From Octopus bimaculoides (Eukaryota): DNA of 63,971 nucleotides. The first letter of the stretch is position 1, and each line of letters starts with the position of its first letter. Positions 1 through 12,560 of this stretch are shown piece by piece. A model generated the notes under the pieces. It was not told the origin of the DNA. It worked only from the letters and a program-made list of their open reading frames with translations, and searched no databases. Location: assembly GCF_001194135.2 (NCBI RefSeq), contig NC_068981.1, positions 37,166,269-37,230,239 of the forward strand. Reading direction: 5' to 3'. A program made the translations under genes and the position numbers.

Positions 1-157
1 GGAATAGGGGATGGAAAGTTTTGTGTGTCTAGGGTGGGAGGAGGAGAAGTTGAGATAGGAGTGTGAGTCTGTGTGTTTGTAGTGGATGGAGGTGCTAAGG
101 GCGGAGTGGAGGATGCTGACCGAAATGTCGAGAAAGGGGACAGAGGTGTCAGAGACA

Positions 158-160
<3 letters not shown>
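1..160 (-). mobile_element. Penelope-like element RT/thumb fragment, running off the window edge
   Basis: Manual minus-strand translation IVSDTSVPFLDISVSILHSALSTSIHYKHTDSHSYLNFSSSHPRHTKLSIPYS matches the PLE RT C-terminal motifs (FLD..V, YK.TDSHSYL, SHP, SIPYSQ). It is clearly homologous to 54200-54380 in this window. Confidence 0.85.
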
Positions 161-162
<2 letters not shown>

Positions 163-211
<49 letters not shown>

Positions 212-220
212 ATATATATA
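163..220. repeat. (TG)n then (TA)n microsatellite
   Basis: Direct inspection. Confidence 0.98.
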
Positions 221-221
221 G

Positions 222-505
222 TAAAACAGCACCATCATGCAATTCACTCAGCTAGAAATTTGCAAACAACATGCTGTTCTGCTTGGCATTCATACCAGAA
301 GCTCCAATACAAACATTTCAGAGAGTTTGGGTGTCAATCTGAGGACAGTGCAATCTGAGGACATGTACAAAGAGTGATGAAAGTCAAACATCCAGTCAAC
401 ATCATGGTGTTTGGAGTGATCACTAGTGATGGTGACGTTATACCTCCGTTCATCTTCCCACATGGCTTCAGACTCAACATGGAGGCCTACATCAAGTGCC
501 TGGAA
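222..505 (+). mobile_element. Tc1/mariner-superfamily transposase fragments, internally deleted
   Basis: Translates as KQHAVLLGIHTRSSNTNISESLGVNLRTVQ (HTH-like N-terminus) joined to RVMKVKHPVNIMVFGVITSDGDVIPPFIFPHGFRLNMEAYIKCL (post-first-Asp region, like K.KHP.SVMVWG). Subfamily not resolved. Confidence 0.7.
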
Positions 506-1500
506 CTCTTAACAGGAGGAGATCCAGTTTTGTTTTGAAGATAATCCATCCCATGTAGGCATCTCAGGCTTTTGGGTAGGATAATGTAGAGTTGTGGGTC
601 CTTGAAACCCAAGCTATTCAGAATCTGGTCCTGTATCCTGATGACAATGTTGTGGTCTTTGGCACTATGCAATTGTGTCAGATTTGACTGTCTGTGTAAA
701 TTTCAAAGTTTGGTACAAGTCTGTCCAGGATTTTCCAGATGTATATCACTCCATAACTTTCCCACCTTTGTTCTAGGGAGTAGAGTCTCAACATTTTCAT
801 CCTCACCCAGTAGCCGATATGTCACATTGAGATGGTCTTCTTTGAGTAGCTTTGCTGAATTACTTCAAGTTTCACCATAATTTAACAGTGTGGTGACCAT
901 AGTTGGGAGTAGTAGTCAAAATGGCTGAGGCAAATGTTCCCCAGAGGACCATTTTTGCTTCCTGTTCTCTTATTCTGTAAGTTCTGAGGATCCATCCAGT
1001 ATACTGTCTGCATTTTTATTGCTAATTTAGTAACATGCGCCTGGAAAGATGCATTGTTACTCATGTCAATGAAGAGTCATGCACTGATTTTGACGCATGG
1101 ATTGCAATCCCTCCTGGGCCAATGTATCCTGTGTGCGTCTCATTCAGCTTCATGTGTTGGTAGGATAAGGTTTGGAATTTTCCAGCATTAAACTGCATGT
1201 TATTTTCATCAGCCCACCTGTATACTGTATCCAGCTCTTGTTGCAAATATGCAACATCTTCAGGGTTTCATATCCTCTGAGAAGCTTTTGAATCATCTGT
1301 ATAGCTAGCAAGGGTGGCTATCTGAGTAGCTGAGAGCATGTCTGAGAGAGCTACTATGAATAGCAGTGACCCCCAGACAGTGCCCTGTGGGACACCACTC
1401 ATTATTTGTGCTTCCTTTGAGGTAGCCCCATTGGCTACAACTACCTGCTTTCTGTCTTTTAGAAAGTTGTACAGCTACTCTCTAAGTTTTTTGACTCTGA
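505..1500 (-). mobile_element. Degenerate CR1/Jockey-group LINE RT, 3' part
   Basis: Minus-strand frame LYNFLKDRKQVVVANGATSKEAQIMSGVPQGTVWGSLLFIVALSDM...SYTDDSK...LQQELDTVYRWADENNMQFNAGKFQTL, then LRLYSLEQRWESYGVIYIWKIL. SGVPQG and Y(A/T)DD motifs present; several stops. Confidence 0.88.
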
Positions 1501-2421
1501 CGCATGCGTACGAACAACCATGCTACATGGCAGTGAAACATGGGCTGTAACTGCTGAGGACATACGTAAGCTCGCAAGGAATGAAGCCAGTATGCTCCGT
1601 TGGATGTGTAATGTCAATGTGAATACCCGTCAGAGTGTAAGTATCTTGAGAGAAAAGCTGAACATTAGAAGCATCAGTTGTGGCGTGCAAGAGAGACGAT
1701 TGCGCTGGTATGGACATGTGGTGAGAATGGAGGAGGATAGCTGCGTGAAAAAGTGCCNNNNNNNNNNNNNNNNNNNNNNNNNNNNNNNNNNNNNNNNNNN
1801 NNNNNNNNNNNNNNNNNNNNNNNNNNNNNNNNNNNNNNNNNNNNNNNNNNNNNNNNNNNNNNNNNNNNNNNNNNNNNNNNNNNNNNNNNNNNNNNNNNNN
1901 NNNNNNNNNNNNNNNNNNNNNNNNNNNNNNNNNNNNNNNNNNNNNNNNNNNNNNNNNNNNNNNNNNNNNNNNNNNNNNNNNNNNNNNNNNNNNNNNNNNN
2001 NNNNNNNNNNNNNNNNNNNNNNNNNNNNNNNNNNNNNNNNNNNNNNNNNNNNNNNNNNNNNNNNNNNNNNNNNNNNNNNNNNNNNNNNNNNNNNNNNNNN
2101 NNNNNNNNNNNNNNNNNNNNNNNNNNNNNNNNNNNNNNNNNNNNNNNNNNNNNNNNNNNNNNNNNNNNNNNNNNNNNNNNNNNNNNNNNNNNNAAAAGAC
2201 ACCATTTCGAGCGTGGCCGTTTTCGTGCGGGTGACACGTAAAAGCACCCACTACACTCTCTGAGTGGTTGGCGTTAGGAAGGGCATCCAGCTGTAGAAAC
2301 TCTGCCAAATCAGACTGGAGCCTGGTGTTGCCATCCGGTTTCACCAGTCCTCAGTCAAATCGTCCAACCCATGCTAGCATGGAAAGCGGACGTTAAACGA
2401 TGATGATGATGATGATGATGA
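1498..2421 (+). mobile_element. 5'-truncated RTE-clade LINE with intact 3' UTR and (GAT)n tail, spanning an assembly gap
   Basis: ACVRTTMLHGSETWAVTAEDIRKLARNEASMLRWMC...QERRLRWYGHVVRMEEDSCVKKC (RTE thumb motifs GSETW and LRWYGHV.RM). After the gap comes a 3' UTR ending ...GGACGTTAAAC(GAT)n. Confidence 0.88.
1758..2194. other. Assembly gap (N run)
   Basis: Run of N. Confidence 0.99.
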
Positions 2422-2610
2422 AGTCATGCAGCTTGTGACACATCACACCATGGTCAATTTTATCAAAGGCTTTTGCAAAGGCGAGATATATCACGTCCAC
2501 ATTTGAGTTTTTGAGTAGCTGCTTTTGAGGGCAATGGGATCCCAGGGTTACAATGTGTGTTCAGGGTATCAATGTGCACTGAGACCTGCAATTCACATCA
2601 GTTCATATGG
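2422..2610 (-). mobile_element. CR1/Jockey LINE RT, 5' continuation of 505-1500
   Basis: KQLLKNSNVDVIYLAFAKAFDKIDHGVMCHKLHD (D..KAFD motif). Joins the left piece in frame when the RTE insert is removed. Confidence 0.88.
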
Positions 2611-2699
2611 ATAGGTGTGTATTTAATAAAAAGAAAGCGAACAAAAACAACTGAATATCTAGTAATATATCTAATAATCTAAACTTGGTTTTCTCAGTA

Positions 2700-3300
2700 G
2701 TTGTTGACTTACATAACTCAATGCCCGTACACAAACACATACTTGCATACATACATGATGGCCACTTCCTTGTTCTCAAGTACAAGGTGATGATGCTGGT
2801 ACATCAAGTAATACCTATGCATAGTGCTTTTCAGAGTGAGGAGAGGCCTTGCATGCAGCCAGTCCTAGTCTCTGTATAATAATCATAGATACCTCTAAAA
2901 GAAGAACCATTCAATATCATTGGCTGCCACTCAGTGGCAGGTTTTACATCAGAGATTTCCTTCTCCTAGAGGAATGTCCTAACAAGGACTACAGGACATT
3001 CACTCCCAGTAATGTGATACACCATACCTACAATCAAATTCTCATGGTTCCCTGCTGATTGTACCTGTTGAGCCTGCCTGTTGTTAAAAACATGTCAGTC
3101 CTCTATGTAGCCACTGTGTTTTCTTCACCAAAGTCACCTGTTTGTTGATGATTTCTGCAGGAACTACTGCTATCCATAGGAAATAGCAAGATCAAGCTTG
3201 TGTATACAGTATTGGATGACTTGATTTTAATGAGTTTATCCATCCTTTGACAAGTTTTGTTATTCATCTTGCAGGGTGTCCAATCACACACTTTTCAAAG
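2700..3300 (-). mobile_element. Possible highly decayed LINE APE-endonuclease relic
   Basis: Only weak motif echoes (TGDF, TEWQP, RD.DWLHAR, HHLV) with many stops and frameshifts. Confidence 0.25.
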
Positions 3301-3375
3301 CAAGTTTAGTGGAGTTGTTGATTTAGTTGCCAACAATCCAACCATGCAGCAGGTTGTACTGGATTACATACATAT

Positions 3376-3423
3376 ATACAGACAGACTGATAGATAGATA
3401 GACAGTTAGATAGGCAGACAGAC

Positions 3424-3478
<55 letters not shown>

Positions 3479-3520
3479 TAGATAGATAGATAGATAGACA
3501 GATAGATAAATAGATACAGA
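3376..3520. repeat. (GACA)n/(GATA)n compound tetranucleotide microsatellite
   Basis: Direct inspection. Confidence 0.97.
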
Positions 3521-4604
3521 GAAGAGAATTTAAGCTCAGTAAACAGGATATGTGAATAGAATATGGTAAAACATAAGCAAGAACACAAATCTCTTTAATG
3601 GTTGCTGACTGAAGTTCCACATTTTATGGCAAAATTTATGTTTCACAACACTAAACAATTATTTTTCCTTTTTCTTAAAAAAAATATTGTTTAGATACTA
3701 GCATAGATTATATACCTAAAAGTTTAAAAATTTGCATGAATTCTGTTATGTTTGATGTTCTTCTGAATGACAAATGCAGCACAAAGAAAAGAAGTATTTA
3801 GTTTACAAGTCACTGTATTTTATGAACAAACAGTAACAAATATTAAGGATGTCACATTATATGTATACATCATCCTTGATTCATCTAAATACTCCTGAAT
3901 CAGTCTTTCTTTCCTGTCAGTAATTGTTCACTAATGTATTTAGCAAGTGTTTATGTTTCTCTCGATGAGTCTTAGAGTAGGTGTCATTGCTTATTTGTCT
4001 TGAACTATGTGTAAAACCTCTCCCATTATAGTGTCTTACTTTGTCTTTCATTATAATTTCGTATTTTTTCACTCTCTCATCCATTATACTTTATTTCTCT
4101 CCCTCACATGCTCGTTATACTTCCTTGCACTCTTTCCTATTACATTATCTCCTTTCTTTTTATGTGAGAGTCACAGCTGTTTCAATGAATAGTATAATTG
4201 TATGCCAATCAAAAAGTTGATTAGTTCACCTCACATTACTTACACTTGCATTGTATCTATGGTCAAGACACGATGCTTCTGATATCCTAGAAGTAAATAT
4301 GTAGATACAATTCAACTGTAAGGAAAGGGAAGATGGGGAATACATTCTGTAATTAATGAGTGCTTCAATAGCATATAGTGTTGAGATTAAATGCTCCCAT
4401 AATTATAAATAAGAAAAGAATGGACTTATCTGTGTTACACTACTTGAAGACAAAGTTTTCTATATTGACCCAGTGATCTAATGGTTTTTGTGAAACATAA
4501 TTGTATGTATGTGTGAATGTGTATACATAGTGTGTATATGTGTGTATGATATAATAATTGTAATCATTCAAAGCTGGTAATAGTTATGAAATATGCTACT
4601 GGTA

Positions 4605-4858
4605 TTTTGTTGTCATTGTCATCATCATCATCATCATTATTCTCATCATTGTCACTGTCATCACCATAGTCATCATCATCATCATCATTATTATCATCAT
4701 CATAGTCATCATGCTCCTCCTTATTACCATCCTTGTTCCTTGCCATTATTGTCATCACTGTCATAATTATCATTGTTGTAATTTGTCTTCATCATCATCA
4801 TCGTCATTATCATCACTGTCCTTAGTGTTGTCATTATCATCATTATCATCATCATTTT
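4605..4858. repeat. Degenerate (CAT)n trinucleotide tract
   Basis: Direct inspection. Confidence 0.93.
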
Positions 4859-5169
4859 ATGCTTTTCCATACCAACGTGAGAAGGTCAGGTCATCATGTT
4901 CTGAATCAGGTCTTATCAGGAGTTACTTTTTCTTGCTAGAGTTACTTTTTCTTGCTAGAAGTTTCATAGATCAAATTTGACATAAATATTTCATTTTTGG
5001 TTATCTCCTATATTATCCTTAGAAACAGCTTAGTGCTTAGTCAAAACTGTATTTTATGAAATCAATTATTCACGTATCAGACAAAATATGTAATTTTAAA
5101 TGCTGCAGTTCAGAGGTATTAAACAATGTATAATGTTTAATTTAAGTATCTAGAAACTTATCAAATGAT

Positions 5170-5640
5170 GTTGATCAGGTGTTGCTGTTGATGTTGTTGT
5201 TTTAACTCAGGCTAACCCCAACTGAGGAGTTCTACAATGGAAAGTATTCTACTATGATTATCTAATTCTATTTTCAGACAATTCACAAAGACTGTTATCC
5301 AAATTGTGTCTTTCTTTTCTGTAAGATAGTAGGGCTTAATTTGAGTGGAAGTTGGCTACTTTTTCTTGTAAGTTGAACCACACGTACAGGTATCCACATT
5401 ATCTTGCTGATCATATGTCATTTCTTAGTCCCAGATAAACAATGACTGAATAACTCTATGATCAAAGCCATTCTATCTACAGCCATCTTGTCTTTTATTC
5501 AAACTATTTCAACTATCATTACATTATCCAATGTCATTATCATCATTAAATTTGATAACGTCAGGTGTGATTTGACAGAGATTTTGTTGCTATTTCTAGT
5601 AATTTCAGTGATTATTTAGAAGCTCACTTGTTGGTTACTG
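5170..5640 (+). repeat. Two tandem decayed copies of a dispersed repeat containing a GATTTGGCTGCTATTTCTAG-like motif
   Basis: Related motifs recur at about 12590-12630 (ggatatttggctgttatttctagcagg) and 22730-22910 (tttgaggtagatttggctgatata). Family identity unknown. Confidence 0.5.
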
Positions 5641-8100
5641 TTTTAATGTGTTAAAAAGACAGGTGTACTATTAGAATGAAGTGTAGCATAGGTGACTAAA
5701 AATCGGAATGTCAAAAGTCTAGGATTCTCTACAGTAGTGACTGATATAGCTAATTTCCTTAAGAATCAATAGGGTACAGCATTATTACCATTTGCTGGTT
5801 TATCTAATATGACGCAAGATAAATCATCTAATAATTGAAAATGTTCATTTTAGAAACAAAAACAAATAAGTGATGTCTGACTCAATTTATTATACTTCTC
5901 CCGAGATACGTGAAATCCTTAAATTTTTGCTGTGTTAAGCTGTAGTGTGTTTAAAATTTCTAAACAAGAAGTTGGCTAGAATAGTCATACATGCCTCATC
6001 TGAGGAACTGGTTAGGAAAAACATATGTATTTCTTGGTTTATAGTGAAATAACTATTTTAAAATTATTGTAAATTTGCTTCTGATAGAAAAAGAAAAAAA
6101 TAGTTTTCATTCGTCCAGTTAAGAATATTTTAGTGTAGGATAAAAAAAGCATTAGTAAGTGAAAAGAAATCAGAGACTTCTTGTTATTCCTCCAGATTTA
6201 ATCAAGGCAGCTGATTGAAAGATCTGATAGAGCATTAGGCAAAAGACAATGTTTAGTTATATTCATTTATGTTCTGTAAATTTCTCCTTTTCTTACTCTG
6301 AGGTTGATAAAATAAATACCAATTAAAATAACAGGGTTGATCTAATTGATGATTTGTTTTAATATTCAGTATTTTTGAGAAACCACAGGATGAATGCAGA
6401 ACTTTGGAATTCTGAAGTTTTGCAGATACAAAACTTCATCCTTTATATATATAAAAACAAAATCATGATTTTAAGTGATATGAAATTAATTATTTAAGAA
6501 ACAGATATTTTTAACACTTATCATTGTATTAAATCACATTGTCATGATTAATTTACAATGATAATTAACAATGATAGGGATATAGTTTGTGGATACTAAT
6601 AAGATGCTATATTCATCTGTGTTTTATCTCCACAGCTCAAAAAAGTTATATTAGATTGACATATCTTGAATTCCTGAATTCTGCAATAAACAATAGGATT
6701 GATCCTGGTTATGCAAGCTAAGAGAAAACTTCTCTATTATACAATGTTTCAATTGATTGAAGCGAAAGTTTCAATACAAGCTTTCTTGTCACGATTCCTG
6801 TCAGAAATTGTCTATGAATTGTATTAACATGATTTTCAGTTTTCCAAATTTTTTTTGAGCCTTGCAAAACAATAATTCCATATTTCTCAAACCCCTTATT
6901 TGTATGGTTTGAGAAATACTTATAAGTTTTGATATATATATATATATGAAATAGCTTTATCTTCTAGTTCACTTTTGCAGCAAGAAAAACTTTATATTAG
7001 GAAAGTTTAAAGGCATTTTTACCAGGGATACATTATCATTGATTCATTTACGAACAAAACAGTCAACACCCCAGTTAGGTTAAGCACCATCTTAAATTTT
7101 CACTCCTCATGGCAACTGAACTTATCAAAGTTTTCTCAGAATTCTCCTCTGGATAATAGTCTATTCTTATGAATTAGACAATTGCAACACATGTCATGAT
7201 TTTAATGGAATCTAGAAAAAAAAAAAAAATGATAATGTGAGATGTAAGAGAAGAAGAAGAAGAAAAAGAAATGAGCATTCAGAAAAATTACTTTTCAATA
7301 TCAAAGAGTCTAGTTAATTGCAAAGGAAGAAATGTTGTGTAACTCATTGAGTTAAAAAAGGTTAGAAGGTATAGCAGGGGATTTCATCTAATGTTGAAAT
7401 TCTTGAAAGGATACGAACAACAGTTGCTTCTCATGACCTCCTTTAGTACTGTAAACAAACTCACAAATGTAAAGTATTTCTCCATAATATTTAAAGAAGC
7501 CTCTATGTAGTCATCTGATCTGTTAGAAATAATAACCAACTCACTTTCAACTCACAACTCACTATCTTCAAAGAATTGGGGTTTTATCAAAATCATGTCA
7601 CCAGCTATGAAAAGAAACTAAACTTAAAGAAGAATAGATTATTAAGTGAAGGAGCGAACTAGAAGAATTTTATAGATGGTAACAACCAGACTGTTTCTGA
7701 TCATAGATCTGCTCTATCAAGGCTAATCTAAGACTGAAGAACAACAACCAAGATAAAATGAAACATTGAATATTATGTATCTTTCCTAATGGATACAGCA
7801 TTATGTGGGTGACGAAAATCCCAGTTTATTGACCCTTAGAAGCCTTTTAACTTGACCTCTTTTGTTGATCAGATATTTCTCAGATAATCTGTTTTGATCA
7901 AACAGATGTTATAAAAAAAGTGAGAAAAATATTGTTATAGAGTAACAAAACTGTGTAAGAAGTAACAATAGACAATGGCAGACTGTGTGATATAAAAATA
8001 CAATATCAAGGTTGATAATAGAGAATTTCTATTCAAGGACCATAAGGCCCTTGTTTCAAATCTTTTTAATCAATATCATCTTGAGTTTGGTAGGATCAAG

Positions 8101-8133
<33 letters not shown>

Positions 8134-8699
8134 CTTTATATTTCTCTCCTTCTTTTTCTCTCATTATTCCTGTCGTTTCTTCTTTCCTCCTCCCCCTTTC
8201 TCTTTTTCTTTCTTTATGCTTCTGTTCTACCTCTCTATGGCTTTAAGTTTCTGCGTTTACACTTCATTGATCTCATTAGTGGATAGGAAGTGTTTAGTAT
8301 AAGTTGATGTACTTCCTTATAGATGGGAAGGGAGTCCTTGCACCAGACTCAGACTAACATAATGGTTATTAATGGCTAAATCTTCATGCACCACATACTA
8401 CTGCTGCACTATATCTAGGTAGCAATCAAACCCTTAAATAACAATGATACAGGACAAAAACAAAGATTTAGCTAGTATAAAGTTGAATTATATATGTGTG
8501 CACATATTTGTGTCTGTGTATATATGTTTATGTACGTGTATACTAAGACACAAATAATTACCACCAAGTATGAGACTGTTTGAAACAACTTTATATATAA
8601 GGTAATAGGAATAAATCATTCTCACATTTAATGTTTATCAGTATAAGATTATATACAAAAATTAACAGACTAAAACAACTTTTGAAGTGCACTTGCCCA

Positions 8700-8754
8700 C
8701 ATATATATGTATATACATTTATATGTGCATATAAAAGTATTTATATATATATAC

Positions 8755-8785
<31 letters not shown>

Positions 8786-8786
8786 A

Positions 8787-8825
<39 letters not shown>

Positions 8826-8900
8826 TGTGTGCACACTTTCTTTAAATATACATATGTGTATGTATGAGAGCACAAATGTTTGCATGTGTATGTATGTATA
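8700..8900. repeat. (TA)n/(TG)n compound microsatellite
   Basis: Direct inspection. Confidence 0.97.
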
Positions 8901-9768
8901 CACAAGGTTTTAATAAAACAGTCAAAATACACAGTGTTAATCTGATTGCAAGATCTGTGACAGAGGGAAGGGGTAGTTTGGAAATACCTTCATCTAAAAT
9001 TTTCTATGCATATAAAATGAAAAGAAAGAAAGGAAAAGAGCATAAGAAACTTATTTCTTTGAAAGCGATATCTATCTAAGAAGACTGGTACAATGTGATT
9101 GCTGTGCACAAGCCAGACATTAAACCACGCAGAAAAAGCTGGCTTCAACAAAGCAGAAATATGCTGAGCCATTTGGACAGCTGGTTGATTGAAGAGGAAG
9201 AGATCTCCCGTAAGCATCTAGGAGGTCTAGATCTGGAAGTTGTGATATATGACCAAGATAACTTGAACGAAGCAGATCTGTAAAAGATTGCAGTTAGATG
9301 GATGGAATTCTTCTAAACTTTTGGTTTTAGGTGGGTTAGTAAAATAAATATAAAAACAAAATGTAAAATGAGAAAGCAAAATGTAAATGCACAGACAATG
9401 TGTCTATGGGAGATATTTTATCAATATATTTGAAGACTTTTATGAAAAACCTAGTGTGACACAGATATTAAATTATATACTGTTTCCATAGAATATAGGT
9501 AAGTAATATGCATTCAGTATCCACTATACTGAGAAATTCATATTTTGCCATACTTATCCACATTATTATAAATAAACAAATGTATATTTATTTTATCAGC
9601 AGTAAAGCTATATAAAGATTTGCATATTTACCTTTATTAATAAGATAAACATACTAGAGATAAATTTATGTATGCATGCATACACTATCATAAGATCAAA
9701 CCATTTATAAACATAAATACTCACTGACACACATGTATACACATGCATGCATACACACTGCCTCTGCA

Positions 9769-9769
<1 letters not shown>

Positions 9770-9802
<33 letters not shown>

Positions 9803-9948
9803 TACACACACACAAACACACACCCACAATTATGATTGCCAGTCACCACTCTCTCTTCCATATTTAAACAGAATTCATTGTCTTGTGATTTGAGTTTCAC
9901 ACCACTGCAATCTCTCAGTGTGTGTGTTGGGATGAGAGTGTTGTTTAT

Positions 9949-10037
<89 letters not shown>

Positions 10038-10045
10038 TGCACATG
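9770..10045. repeat. (TA)n/(CA)n compound microsatellites
   Basis: Direct inspection. Confidence 0.96.
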
Positions 10046-10171
10046 TATACATGTATGCATAGTTGTCTAAAAGTCCATAAGTTAGAAAAACAGACACACA
10101 TATATTGATTAATTGAGTTGGTGTATTATTGTTAATGAAAAATAATATTATATTCTTATATTCTCAACAAA

Positions 10172-10395
10172 GATGCGAAGCTGGTAGGATTATTTAGCAT
10201 ACCAGAGAAAACGCTTCATGCCATTTTGTATTCCTTCATGTTCGGAGTTCAAATTCTGCCAAGGTCAACTTTGCCTTTCTTTCTCTTGGGGTTAATGAAA
10301 TAAGTACCTATTGCACTCTGTTTGGGGTTGATGCAGTTGACTTAGCCCCTCTCTCTGCCAAAATTTCAGGTCTTGTGCCTATCATAAAACATAAT
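10172..10395 (+). mobile_element. tRNA-derived SINE, family A (GAGTTCAAATTC...GGTCAACTTTGCCTTT...AAATAAGTACC)
   Basis: B-box-like GAGTTCAAATTC. The same body recurs at 10410-10610, 26480-26940 and 33080-33430. Confidence 0.75.
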
Positions 10396-10409
10396 TATTA
10401 AAACAATAA

Positions 10410-10610
10410 TAATCCTTTCTATTATACGCACATAGCCTGAAATTTTGGGGGAGGGGTCTAATCCATTACCTCGGTTCCAATACTTAAATGGCATGTTATT
10501 TTATCAATTCCAAGGGCTCAAAAGGCAAAATTGACCTTGATGGAATTTGAACATAAAGATAGATTAAATGCTTCATTTTGTCCAGGGCACCAACAATTCT
10601 GCCAGTTCAT
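10410..10610 (-). mobile_element. SINE family A, inverted copy
   Basis: Reverse complement reads gaactggcagaattgttgg...gttcaaattccatcaaggtcaattttgcc...gataaaataa...cccaaaatttcagg. Confidence 0.75.
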
Positions 10611-10659
10611 ATATATCTATCTGTCTCTCTCTGTAGGTCATTTGCCTTGTCTGTCTCTG

Positions 10660-10731
10660 TTTGTCTATCTATTTATCTATCTATCTATCTATCTATCTAT
10701 CTGTCTATCTATCTATCTATTTATCTATCTG

Positions 10732-10802
<71 letters not shown>

Positions 10803-10908
10803 TTACACACACTCACACAATCAGAGATAGAGAGAGAGAAGGAAAGAGAGAAAAAGAAAGAGAGAGAGAAAGAAAGAAAAGAGAGAGGAAAATAAAGAGA
10901 GAGACAAA

Positions 10909-10945
<37 letters not shown>

Positions 10946-10955
10946 NNNNNNNNNN

Positions 10956-11000
<45 letters not shown>
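10660..11000. repeat. (TATC)n, (TTTC)n, (CT)n, (CA)n and (GA)n microsatellite cluster with a 10-N gap at 10946-10955
   Basis: Direct inspection. Confidence 0.97.
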
Positions 11001-11282
11001 AAAATGTTTTTGGCCATATATAGAACAGAATATTGGTAATAATAATAAAGTTTGCTAGAAGAAATGAAGTAATTGTACCTTAGTTGATTTATATACAGGT
11101 AGAGAGAGTCTTCAGTCTTTTCAAGGAAATGAAATGAAATGAAATAAAATAAATTATAGTAAAATAAAGAAGAATACTTTATTTTATTTCATTCCATTTC
11201 CTTAAAAAATTTTAAGCGTTTTTGTACCTCTGTATAAATAAACCTCAGTACAATTCCTTCATTTCTTGTGAATAACCTTATA

Positions 11283-11297
11283 AATACACACACACAG

Positions 11298-11330
<33 letters not shown>

Positions 11331-11447
11331 CCTACATGCATGCATGCACACATATACATATACATACATACATACAAAAATACGTACGTACGTACGTACA
11401 TACATACATACATACATACATACATACATACATGCATACATACATAC
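11283..11447. repeat. (CA)n/(CATA)n/(CGTA)n microsatellite
   Basis: Direct inspection. Confidence 0.96.
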
Positions 11448-11819
11448 ACAGGAGCCTCCTATTATAACAGTAATGCAATCCTGAAAATCTTACCATAATG
11501 CTAAGTTAATTATCCCATTGATTTTGATGCTATAAATTTATAATGTACTTCAACAAATATTTTTAAAATATTACAAAAAAGAAAACAAAGGAAAAAAAGA
11601 AATCACTCAACTACTTCTAAGCATAAAAATAACAATTTGTAAATATATATGGTAAAATATCTCTCGATAAAAACATACGAAGAAAAATATAGATAAGATT
11701 ATCATTTTGTAATAGAGGATGGACCTCTTTTTGCAAAAGATGTTGACAACTATGTGAGGGATGGTTGTGGTGCAATGAAAGTTACTAAGAAGATGAAGGC
11801 CATTAATTCCTGTCTTATA

Positions 11820-12560
11820 TTTGATCATCATCCACTTGAGGGACAAAGAACCTATCCAAAATTGCTTGCTGTTTATGATACATCATCTCTTTGTACAATT
11901 CAGTGTGGGAACTGAGCTCATTGTAAACTTCTCTGGTAATTTCTATGTTACATTCATCATTAAGAGCATTATCAGTAAAATCTTTAAACCTTCCTCTAGA
12001 AGTGTCAACCCTTTAGCAATATTGTGTGCAGTTAATTAAAGTGGAGTTAGTGGAAATTTCCATATTCTAAGCTTGCTCTTGTTCTCACAGTATTTGCTGC
12101 TTCTTAGATAAAACTTCACGATGAAGGTACTAGCAACTCAAATCTATCTCTCTATGGGACACTGGCACATCAACTCATCTATTACTTCTTCTTCAGTTGC
12201 AAAATCCTTTTCAAGTGTTACAATATTTTTTTCAAGTTTAATGTAGACTTAAACTTGCAGAAAACTTGTAAAATCATGGATAAAGTGTGAGTGTATATTT
12301 TTCTAAGCACCATCCAAAGTTGACTCATCTGCATCAACAACAGCATCCATTATATTGAATTTCTTTTGGAGGTATCTAACTGTAGGCTTATCCTCCCTAT
12401 CAATTGCTTTCATAAGTTGTTTGAAATTTTTAGATAAGATGCCTTAACACATGTAAAGCCATTGGTTGGAGCAAAGTTGTATCCTGCTCTAACATTATAA
12501 GAAAACTCATTTGAATTCACTTGGTGGCTTTGTGTATTGTCAGAATTACATTGTCCAACG
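11820..12560 (-). mobile_element. Tigger/pogo-type DNA transposase relic, C-terminal half
   Basis: Manual minus translation QLMKAIDREDKPTVRYLQKKFNIMDAVV...STLDGA*KNIHSHFIHDFTSF...EEEVIDELM...ELYKEMMYHKQQAILDRFF resembles the Tigger/TIGD C-terminus (FWKKFNI.DA, TL.GAWKK..P.F.HDF.GF, Q..LD.FF). Confidence 0.7.

Noticed and set aside
1520-2344. Long ORFs (162-273 aa) across the first N gap, and likewise at 48606-49322
   Set aside because: Their length comes from untranslatable N runs; only the RTE portion at 1501-1757 is real coding-derived sequence.
4920-4957. 19-bp direct tandem duplication (similar small ones near 335-360, 22300-22322 and 59955-60003)
   Set aside because: Ordinary slippage duplications with no further structure.
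9095-9283. 62-aa ORF (KPRRKSWLQQ...)
   Set aside because: No recognisable domain, non-ATG start and no convincing splice context; probably an old TE remnant.
11705-11915. Plus-strand open frame VIEDGPLFAKDVDNYVRDGCGAMK...
   Set aside because: It overlaps the antisense strand of the Tigger relic C-terminus, with no splice support and no recognisable homology.
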